A DNA stretch of 64,000 nt, from NCBI GenBank assembly GCA_965209235.1, contig OZ242382.1, forward strand, positions 1,327,010 to 1,391,009, given 5' to 3'. Shown in pieces: positions 18,140 to 24,970 of the stretch. The notes below the pieces were generated by a model. That model was given only the letters and a program-made list of their open reading frames with translations. It was not told where the DNA came from and made no database searches. A program made the translations under genes and the position numbers. This stretch comes from Gammaproteobacteria bacterium. GTDB lineage: Bacteria; Pseudomonadota; Gammaproteobacteria; G965209235. Position 1 is the stretch's first letter; every line of letters begins with the position of its first letter.

Positions 18140-19687
18140 ATGTTTGACGATACGACCATGCTCGATATCTTCCGCTACGTACAAGGGGCGTTAGATTTCC
18201 TGTCTGTTCTGTTTGTGTTTGCGGTTGGCTTGGCGATCATGTCCATCCCGGTGTTGTACGTCCTTGACCGTGCTCAATCGCAGCAAGCCATTCGACGCAA
18301 CTACCCTGTGGTGGGGCGGTTTCGGTATTACTTCGAAACACTGGGTGAGTTCTTTCGCCAGTATTTCTTTGCGATGGATCGCGAAGAGATGCCTTTCAAC
18401 CGCGCTGAGCGCTCGTGGATCTATAAGGCCGCTAAGAATAAAGACACGACCCAGCCTTTCGGTTCAACGCACACGATCCGGTCGATCGGTAGCAACATCT
18501 TTGCCAACTCTATGTATCCCGTGCAAGAGCAAGACTCAAATGCACCAGCTGAAGTGACGATTGGCCCGGACACCATTCAACCGTACACAACGCGTTCGAT
18601 TTACAACGTCTCCGGTATGAGCTACGGCGCGTTGTCCAAGCCGGCCGTGCTCGCGCTGTCCGCAGGAGCACGGATGGCTGGCTCCTGGCAAAACACTGGT
18701 GAAGGCGGCATGTCGCCATACCACGTGGAAGGTGGAGCAGACATCGTTTTCCAGATTGGAACCGGAAAGTTCGGTGTTCGTAATGAAGACGGCACGTTGT
18801 CGGCGAAGCGGCTCAAGCAAGTCGCTAAGGGTGAAAACGTGCGGATGTTTGAGATCAAGTTAAGCCAAGGTGCCAAGCCCGGTAAAGGCGGGATTCTTCC
18901 GGCAGCGAAAGTCACGGATGAGATCGCGCGGATTCGTGCGATCGAACCGGGATCCGACTGCTACAGCCCAAACCGCCACACTGAGATTCGTAACATCAAC
19001 GACATGCTCGAGATGATCGCCAGAGTGAGAGATATCACCGGGAAGCCCGTAGGCATTAAGTTTGTGATGGGCCAACCCACAGATATCGATGATTTCTGTG
19101 AAGCAGTGATCGCCCGTGGCTGGGAGTATGCTCCTGACTTCATCACTCTTGATGGCGGAGAAGGCGGCACAGGTGCTGCGCCTTTGACACTGATTGACAA
19201 CGTTGGTATGCCAGTGACAGAAAGCCTGCCCTACCTGATTGACTCCTTGGATATTGCTGGTCTTCGGCCACGGATCAAGGTGGCTGTTGCCGGCAAGCTG
19301 GTCAACCCTGTTGGAGTGGCATGGGCGCTTTGCATCGGCGCCGATTTCGTCAACTCGGCCCGCGGGTTTATGTTCGCACTCGGATGTATTCAAGCGCTGC
19401 GTTGTCACGAGAACACGTGCCCCACCGGTATTACGACGCACAACAAACGCCTGCAAAAAGGTTTGAATCCTGAGTCGAAAGCTGTCAGAGTGGCAAACTA
19501 CATCCAAAACATGACGAAGGAAGTGGAAGTGATTGCGCGGTCATGCGGGGTTGATAACCCGCGGTCGTTGCGTCGGCACCACGTCCGGCGGGTGAAAGAA
19601 GACGGCGTTTCCGTCGCTTGGTCCTCACTCTATCAGCCAATCAAATCGAATGGTGACGAACATCGTGTCGGCAGCATCGGTTCGTGA
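18140..19687 (+). CDS. FMN-binding glutamate synthase-domain family protein, N-terminal membrane anchor
   Basis: Motifs 'SGMSYGALS', 'FEIKLSQGAKPGKGGILP' and 'ITLDGGEGGTGAAP' (GltB FMN-domain signature); N-terminal TM helix. Confidence 0.8.
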   Translation: MFDDTTMLDIFRYVQGALDFLSVLFVFAVGLAIMSIPVLYVLDRAQSQQAIRRNYPVVGRFRYYFETLGEFFRQYFFAMDREEMPFNRAERSWIYKAAKNKDTTQPFGSTHTIRSIGSNIFANSMYPVQEQDSNAPAEVTIGPDTIQPYTTRSIYNVSGMSYGALSKPAVLALSAGARMAGSWQNTGEGGMSPYHVEGGADIVFQIGTGKFGVRNEDGTLSAKRLKQVAKGENVRMFEIKLSQGAKPGKGGILPAAKVTDEIARIRAIEPGSDCYSPNRHTEIRNINDMLEMIARVRDITGKPVGIKFVMGQPTDIDDFCEAVIARGWEYAPDFITLDGGEGGTGAAPLTLIDNVGMPVTESLPYLIDSLDIAGLRPRIKVAVAGKLVNPVGVAWALCIGADFVNSARGFMFALGCIQALRCHENTCPTGITTHNKRLQKGLNPESKAVRVANYIQNMTKEVEVIARSCGVDNPRSLRRHHVRRVKEDGVSVAWSSLYQPIKSNGDEHRVGSIGS

Positions 19688-19697
19688 GCGGCAACCC

Positions 19698-19703
19698 TAT
19701 AAT
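19698..19703 (+). promoter_or_regulatory. consensus -10 hexamer TATAAT upstream of the Cys-repeat precursor gene
   Basis: Exact TATAAT 55 nt upstream of the ATG at 19758. There is no good -35. The Shine-Dalgarno GGAGG is at 19744-19748. Confidence 0.3.
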
Positions 19704-19757
19704 ACGCAACCGTTAAGAATAGCGGTATCCCTGAAGGCTAGCTGGAGGTTTTATACC

Positions 19758-20234
19758 ATGAGCCACAAGAACGATCAACAGAAATCCATGCGTACCCCGG
19801 CTGTTGCAGCAGCTTTGGTTGGTGCAAGTGCATTTCTCGGAATTTCCAACGTCAGTGCAGATGTGCTATTCGGTTTCGAAAAGTCCACCTACGGTGAGTT
19901 TGAACATCATCTGAGTGATGATAAGGACGACGCTGCCAAGCCATCTGGCGAGGAAGGTGAAGGAAGCTGCGGCGAAGGCAGTTGCGGCGAAGAATCCACA
20001 TCCGAAGGCAGTTGCGGCGAAGGAAGCTGTGGTGAGTCTGGTGAGAAAGCCGCGCATGGCGAAGGTGACTGCGGTGAAGGCAGTTGCGGCGAAGGATCCA
20101 CATCTGAAGGCAGCTGCGGCGAAGGAAGCTGTGGTGAGTCCGGCGAGAAAGCAGCCCATGGCGAAGGCAGTTGCGGTGAAGGTGAGGAAGCTTCATCCGG
20201 TGAAGGTTCCTGTGGCGAAGGCTCCTGCGGCTGA
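19758..20234 (+). CDS. secreted EG[S/D]CG-repeat precursor protein (HvfA / 'EGKCG bufferin'-like RiPP substrate)
   Basis: GGAGG lies 9 nt upstream of the ATG. The signal peptide is 'MSHKNDQQKSMRTPAVAAALVGASAFLGISNVSA', followed by an acidic linker. There are 11 Cys, all within E-G-[S/D]-C-G, and the protein ends on EGSCG-stop. It sits immediately upstream of the DUF692 and DUF2063 genes. Confidence 0.85.
   Translation: MSHKNDQQKSMRTPAVAAALVGASAFLGISNVSADVLFGFEKSTYGEFEHHLSDDKDDAAKPSGEEGEGSCGEGSCGEESTSEGSCGEGSCGESGEKAAHGEGDCGEGSCGEGSTSEGSCGEGSCGESGEKAAHGEGSCGEGEEASSGEGSCGEGSCG
19992..20195 (+). repeat. 2 x 102-bp in-frame tandem duplication within the precursor gene
   Basis: 19992-20093 and 20094-20195 align codon for codon. 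Over codons 2-25 the 7 differences are all third-position synonymous changes. Confidence 0.9.
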
Positions 20235-20279
20235 TACCGTCCCTCAAGATCATCCAATTTGATCATCCGATCGAAATAG

Positions 20280-21113
20280 ATGCTTGATATAGGAGTGAGT
20301 GGTGCAGGCTTAGGTCTGCGCCGCTCGCTCCTTTCTCATTATGAGACCCTCGAATGCCGCAAAGATGGCATTCAATTCTTAGAGTGCGCCCCCGAGAACT
20401 GGATAGATGTCGGGGGGGGCTGGCGCCGTCGGTTTGAAGCAATTGCTGACCGCTTTCCGTTGGTTTGTCACGGGTTGTCGCTGTCTCTGGGAACTCCAGC
20501 TCAAATAGACGTTGAACACGTCAAGAAAGTGGGTGCCTTTCTGAACGAGTTTGGAGTGCGCTTTTACTCTGAGCATCTTTCATACACGGGAGATGAAGCG
20601 TCTGTTTTCGAACTCTGCCCGATTCCATTTACCGAAGACGGCGTCAGACAGACGGCAGATAACATTAAGTTAGTTCAAGATGTTCTTGGCCGCCAGATAG
20701 GCGTCGAGAATGTGTCTTACTACACCACAACAGACGGCTCCATGCCAGAGCATGAGTTTGTGAATCAGGTTCTTGAAGCGGCGGACTGCTTGCTATTGCT
20801 TGATGTGAATAACTTAGAGTGCAATCGGATCAATCACGGTACGAGACCGCAGGAGCTTCTGCAGTCTGTTCCGCATGAGCGGGTTGCCTATCTGCACATC
20901 GCGGGTCACAAACCGGTCGGGGACATGGTGGTGGATACCCATGGTGAAGCAGTGATCGATGAGGTTTGGTCGATCCTTGATCAAACCTACGGAACGTTTG
21001 GAGCAGTCCCCACGTTATTGGAGCGAGACTCCAATTTTCCAGCGTTCGAAGAACTGCTGGCAGAGATCTCGAATATCAACCAGATCATGGGTCAGCATTC
21101 TCTCGCTGCTTAA
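20280..21113 (+). CDS. DUF692 / MNIO-family (multinuclear non-heme iron oxidative) enzyme, MbnB/BufB/HvfB-like
   Basis: Family landmarks in order: 'GLGLRR', 'CHGLSLSLG', 'YSEHLSY', 'GVENVSYY', 'LLLDVNNLECN', 'LHIAGH', 'VDTHG', 'TLLERD'. Confidence 0.88.
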   Translation: MLDIGVSGAGLGLRRSLLSHYETLECRKDGIQFLECAPENWIDVGGGWRRRFEAIADRFPLVCHGLSLSLGTPAQIDVEHVKKVGAFLNEFGVRFYSEHLSYTGDEASVFELCPIPFTEDGVRQTADNIKLVQDVLGRQIGVENVSYYTTTDGSMPEHEFVNQVLEAADCLLLLDVNNLECNRINHGTRPQELLQSVPHERVAYLHIAGHKPVGDMVVDTHGEAVIDEVWSILDQTYGTFGAVPTLLERDSNFPAFEELLAEISNINQIMGQHSLAA

Positions 21114-21150
21114 TTCGTAGCTTGTGCATTTTGAATGTGTTTGTTGAAGC

Positions 21151-21975
21151 ATGAGTGACAAACATCGCGAAGACGCGAATATGACTGAGACTCAGCAATG
21201 GCAGCGATGCTTCCTGTCCTGGATACGCACCGGCGAGGGGGCGATTCCGAAGGGTATGTCGCGTGCTCGTATTCAGGTGTACCGAAACTTGGTGCTCAAC
21301 GGCTACACCTCTTTCTTCTCGAACCTTTTTCCAGCTGCGGCGTTCTTGGTGGGGCAAGAAGCCATGCAGACGCTGATTGCACAGTTCTTTTCTCGCTACC
21401 GCACGCGCGAAACACTGTTTCATGAGCTTGGGCGAGATGTTGTTGCGTTTGCACACGAGATTGACCCAATCGGAAAATTTAGTTCAGCTGGGTGGCGATC
21501 TGCTGTCTCCGTGATGGAGTTTGAGTGGCTGCTCTTCTGGACAAGAAAAGCAAAGGATATCGAACGACGTGATTTCATCGGACTCAGCGACGATGCCTGT
21601 CACTTTGCTGAACACCTTGCGGTGTATCGCTTTGCATGTCGCGTGGTTCAGCTGCGCGAATTAGCGTTGAAAGCGCGAGACGAAAATAATCGACGTCATC
21701 CTGATATCATCAAGATGATGAAGCGACAAGACGTTCAGCATGTCGCCATATGGCGTCAGGAGAGTGAGGAACCGCGTTTTCGGACACTGACCCCGGCGAT
21801 GGCATTTTCTGTACACAAGTTACTTGATGGTGGTGGCATTTCAGCGGCCTCGGTTGTCAAGGAGTTGGCGGAGCGGTCGGGACAGCCTTACGAGCATGTC
21901 CTACAACATGTCCGTCAAGGGTTGACCAACTTCAAGAACGCTGGCGCGTGGGCCGCACATCAGGAAGAGTCATGA
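21151..21975 (+). CDS. DUF2063-type partner protein (MbnC-analog; BufC/HvfC-like RiPP recognition/maturation subunit)
   Basis: N-terminal DUF2063-like pattern 'QQWQRCFLSWIR...RIQVYRNLVLNGYTSFFSNLFPAAAFLVGQEAMQTLIAQFF'. Obligate-neighbour position after DUF692. The start may be the ATG at 21181. Confidence 0.75.
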   Translation: MSDKHREDANMTETQQWQRCFLSWIRTGEGAIPKGMSRARIQVYRNLVLNGYTSFFSNLFPAAAFLVGQEAMQTLIAQFFSRYRTRETLFHELGRDVVAFAHEIDPIGKFSSAGWRSAVSVMEFEWLLFWTRKAKDIERRDFIGLSDDACHFAEHLAVYRFACRVVQLRELALKARDENNRRHPDIIKMMKRQDVQHVAIWRQESEEPRFRTLTPAMAFSVHKLLDGGGISAASVVKELAERSGQPYEHVLQHVRQGLTNFKNAGAWAAHQEES

Positions 21976-22583
21976 CACAGCATCTGGAGATTGGACCTCA
22001 AACGGTTCAGACAGAGGCACTTTGGGTGCGGTGGCACAAGTGGTTGGATGATGCCAATCGAGCTGGTGCGGTACTGCCAAATGCAATGTGCCTATCGACG
22101 GTCAGTTCCGATGGCAAACCCTCTAGTCGGATGGTGCTGATGAAGCACTCTCAAGCCGGCACGATCACTTTCTTTACAGACCGGACCAGCCGCAAAGCTG
22201 CAGACTTGGCGTCGAATGGCCATGTGAGCATGACATGGTGGTGGCCGCAGGTTGGACGTAGCGTGCGCATGGAAGGATGGTGTGAGTTTACCGACACAGT
22301 GACTGATGACGACTATTTCAGCAGTCGACCTGCAATTAGCCAGGCTTCCGCCATGGCGTCTCATCAATCGCAACCCATTGGCTCAATTGACGACCTCAAA
22401 CAACAGCGTGATGCGCTCTTAAAGCGAGGCAATCTCTCCCGTCCGGATCGATGGGGCGGTTACGTAGTGGCAATTCAAACGACCGAACTATGGCAGGATC
22501 AAGAAGGCCGTCTTCATCAGAGAGAGGAGTACGGTCGAGTGCCAGGTACCGATACGTGGACACGGCGATTGCTTTCCCCTTGA
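21972..22583 (+). CDS. pdxH: pyridoxamine 5'-phosphate oxidase
   Basis: Motifs 'PNAMCLSTVSSDGKPSSRMVLMK', 'WGGYVV...ELWQDQEGRLHQRE' and C-terminal 'RLLSP'. The ATG at 21972 makes an ATGA overlap with the upstream stop. Confidence 0.85.
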   Translation: MTQHLEIGPQTVQTEALWVRWHKWLDDANRAGAVLPNAMCLSTVSSDGKPSSRMVLMKHSQAGTITFFTDRTSRKAADLASNGHVSMTWWWPQVGRSVRMEGWCEFTDTVTDDDYFSSRPAISQASAMASHQSQPIGSIDDLKQQRDALLKRGNLSRPDRWGGYVVAIQTTELWQDQEGRLHQREEYGRVPGTDTWTRRLLSP

Positions 22584-22642
22584 AGTTCTCTATGGTAGAA
22601 TCCGAACGCAGGCCCGACAGATGGGCGTAGAAAAGAAGTCTA

Positions 22643-22927
22643 ATGAATCGTAATGAACTGATTGAAAAGGTTGCTATGTCGAAGGGCTTAACGAGATCGG
22701 AAGCAAAAGCCGCTCTTGACGGCTTCCTTGAAGAGATTGCCGCAGCTCTGGAGTCTGGCGACGGCGTCAGCTTGGTCGGCTTTGGTGCGTTCTCCGTTCG
22801 CATGCGTAGCGAACGGATCGCTCGTGTCCCCAGAGATCCCACCAAGACAGTGACAGTGCCTGCTGCCAAAATGCCGGTCTTCAAAGCTGGTGCAAAGCTG
22901 AAGCGTCGCACGAACGGCGAAGGTTAA
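22643..22927 (+). CDS. hupB: DNA-binding protein HU
   Basis: Motifs 'MNRNELIEKVA...LVGFGAFSVRMRSERIARVPRDPTKTVTVPAAKMPVFKAGAKLK'. Confidence 0.92.
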   Translation: MNRNELIEKVAMSKGLTRSEAKAALDGFLEEIAAALESGDGVSLVGFGAFSVRMRSERIARVPRDPTKTVTVPAAKMPVFKAGAKLKRRTNGEG

Positions 22928-22950
22928 TCACCTCCAACGTCTAAATCGCA

Positions 22951-22971
22951 ACTTTGGTTGCGGACCAAAGT
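22951..22971 (+). terminator. 8-bp perfect hairpin (ACTTTGGT-tgcgg-ACCAAAGT) after hupB
   Basis: Read directly from the sequence. No U-tract follows, so terminator function is uncertain. Confidence 0.35.
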
Positions 22972-23006
22972 ACACATAACAGGGGATTTACGCCACGGCG
23001 GACTGC

Positions 23007-24932
23007 GTGTTCGCTCGTGGCAGGCGTTTGCTCGTGATTGAAAAACTTCGCACAAAGCTCGAGACTGGCCTTGCCAAGATCGTGCTTATGATCATTTTGG
23101 TACCGTTTGCACTCGTTGGTGTTGACTCTCTCGTCGGAGGATTCCTCCCGAGCGTAGAGCTGGGTTCAGTGAACGGTAAGTCGGTGAGTCCGTCCGAATT
23201 TCGCTTAGCCGAAGGGTCAGTGAGATCCCGGTTGGAGTCTGTGCTCGGTGACCAAGTCGACACTTTGACACCTGCCGATATCGTCACGTATGCATTTCCC
23301 TCGATTATTGCACGTCGCGTCATGATTGACGAAGCTGAGAGAGTCGGATTGGCAACCTCGCGACAGAGTGTCGACACGATGCTGCTGGAACAGCACAAGT
23401 CAGACGGCACCGGCGAATTTAACTCTGTTGAATTCGAATTGGCGGTGCGCAATATGGGTCTAACTCCAACTGAGTACCGCTCGGTTCTGGCAGAAGATTT
23501 GTTGCGTTCGCAGCTTGCTGCTGGCATCGCGCAGACTGCGTTTGTGCTAGATGAAGAAGTGACCTTAGCCGTCGATCTCGTCACTGAACAACGTGACGCG
23601 GTGGTTGTCAAGTTTTCCGTAGACGATATCGCCGTTGAGATTTCCGGTGAAGAGGTCGACGCACAAGACATCTATGAATTACATGCGGAGTCGTTTCGCC
23701 GTCCCTCAACACTGACGCTTCAACTGCATGCGCTAGATCCACAAGCAATTCCAACCGTCGACCCCGACGAATTTGATTTGCGAGTGGCGTACGATGATCA
23801 GTACGGCGATTCCACAGATCAACCAGGTGAGTATTCGCTCATCAGGGTTGACGATCATGATGCGGCCATGTCGATCCAAACACAAATTGAAGGCGGAGCA
23901 GATGTGGGTGAGTTAGCTCGCGCGCATTCGACGGACCCGACGGCCTCAGATGGTGGGTACTTGGGGTTCGTTGCGTCTGAAGATCTTGAAGGTGCAGCGC
24001 AGTCTGCGATTGCCAACACCGAGCCCGGTGCCGTATCGGAAGTCATTGAGGATGAGGGAGCTTGGGTGCTCTTCTTCCGTCATCCCGAGCCGCAACCTCC
24101 GACGTTTGATGAAGTCGTGAGCGCACTGCGTTATGAAATCGTCGAGGGCGATCGCTCGACGCAACAAACAGAAATCGAGTTCTCGATCGTCGCTGCGCTG
24201 GCATCCGGTGATACCGCTCCTTCAAGTGCCGTGCGCGTGGATGAGATTTCTAGCGTCGTCGCGAGTGCTGACTCTGTGAATGGTGTTCTGATCTCACGAG
24301 GCATTGAAGTGCCAGCGAGCTCGTCGCTGGCTTCAGACATTGCCTCCGGGCGTGAAGGCTGGCACTCACAGTGGGTCACGGCGACGGACGGCACCCGTTA
24401 CCTCGTCCATGTGGCAGCTCAGGTGCGCGGGGAGCTCAAACCACTTGCAGAGGTTCAAGACGATGTTCTTGAGATTGGACGCCGTGAGTCCGCCATCGAC
24501 AAGGCTGAAGCATGGTCGTCCCAACTTGTCGAGACCGTCGTGGGTAATGGCATTCCGTTGAACCTTGCGGCACAAGATATTGATGGCGCGAAAGCAACCG
24601 CGTACCGTGGTGTTTCGCGAAATACCCTGTTATTCCCTCGGGAAGTGGCTGCGGCACTCTTTCGAGCTGTCCCGACCGGCCCTGACCGTGTGGTCTCGGT
24701 CTATGACGCCACGCAAGAAACGTATTACGTTGTTGAAATGACCGGGCGCGCTGCGCGGGAAGGTGACGGTGTTGAGGAGCAAGAGCTCGCAGCTGAAGAG
24801 GTTGGCGCAGATCTTGGTAACTTACGGCGGGCAGAGGATATCGACAGCCTCACGTACTATCTCAGTGGCGCTGCCGATGTTGAACGCCCCACGGGCTTCG
24901 ATACAACCGAGTTGAGGGAAGAGTTCGAGTAA
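23007..24932 (+). CDS. ppiD: periplasmic chaperone / peptidyl-prolyl isomerase PpiD
   Basis: 641 aa with an N-terminal TM anchor ('IVLMIILVPFALVGV') and a parvulin-like central region ('HSTDPTASDGGYLGFV'); hupB-ppiD synteny. Confidence 0.8.
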   Translation: MFARGRRLLVIEKLRTKLETGLAKIVLMIILVPFALVGVDSLVGGFLPSVELGSVNGKSVSPSEFRLAEGSVRSRLESVLGDQVDTLTPADIVTYAFPSIIARRVMIDEAERVGLATSRQSVDTMLLEQHKSDGTGEFNSVEFELAVRNMGLTPTEYRSVLAEDLLRSQLAAGIAQTAFVLDEEVTLAVDLVTEQRDAVVVKFSVDDIAVEISGEEVDAQDIYELHAESFRRPSTLTLQLHALDPQAIPTVDPDEFDLRVAYDDQYGDSTDQPGEYSLIRVDDHDAAMSIQTQIEGGADVGELARAHSTDPTASDGGYLGFVASEDLEGAAQSAIANTEPGAVSEVIEDEGAWVLFFRHPEPQPPTFDEVVSALRYEIVEGDRSTQQTEIEFSIVAALASGDTAPSSAVRVDEISSVVASADSVNGVLISRGIEVPASSSLASDIASGREGWHSQWVTATDGTRYLVHVAAQVRGELKPLAEVQDDVLEIGRRESAIDKAEAWSSQLVETVVGNGIPLNLAAQDIDGAKATAYRGVSRNTLLFPREVAAALFRAVPTGPDRVVSVYDATQETYYVVEMTGRAAREGDGVEEQELAAEEVGADLGNLRRAEDIDSLTYYLSGAADVERPTGFDTTELREEFE

Positions 24933-24970
24933 CCAAACTCAACCCTCCTCCCTCATATCGACGGTACGTT

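Noticed and set aside
19650-19757. The ORF-track start at 19650 gives a 194-aa version of the precursor.
   Set aside because: The extension overlaps the upstream gene's 3' end, has no SD, and would bury the signal peptide internally. The ATG at 19758, preceded by GGAGG, is preferred. The ATG at codon 11 remains a minor alternative.
19950-20234. The 15/30-nt periodic DNA repeats could be a CRISPR array or non-coding satellite.
   Set aside because: The period is a multiple of 3 and in frame within an ORF. There are no unique spacers of CRISPR size and no cas genes in the window.
19852-20266. Four additional long ORFs overlap the precursor gene: three antisense (133, 97 and 119 aa) and one alternative sense frame (115 aa).
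   Set aside because: They are artefacts of a stop-poor GAAGG/TGCGG repeat. Only the 19758 frame has an SD and a signal peptide. Only that frame makes the inter-repeat substitutions synonymous, and only that frame has a matching MNIO/DUF2063 context.
20248-20268. A direct repeat GATCATCC-N5-GATCATCC lies between the precursor and MNIO genes and could be an attenuator setting precursor/enzyme stoichiometry.
   Set aside because: It is a direct repeat, not an inverted one. No stable hairpin or U-tract can be drawn, and it is too short to interpret.
22396-23671. Minus-strand ORFs of 171 aa (22396-22911) and 227 aa (22988-23671).
   Set aside because: They are fully antisense to pdxH/hupB and ppiD, which are confidently identified. 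Their products are low-complexity Ser/Ala/Arg-rich shadow-frame sequence.
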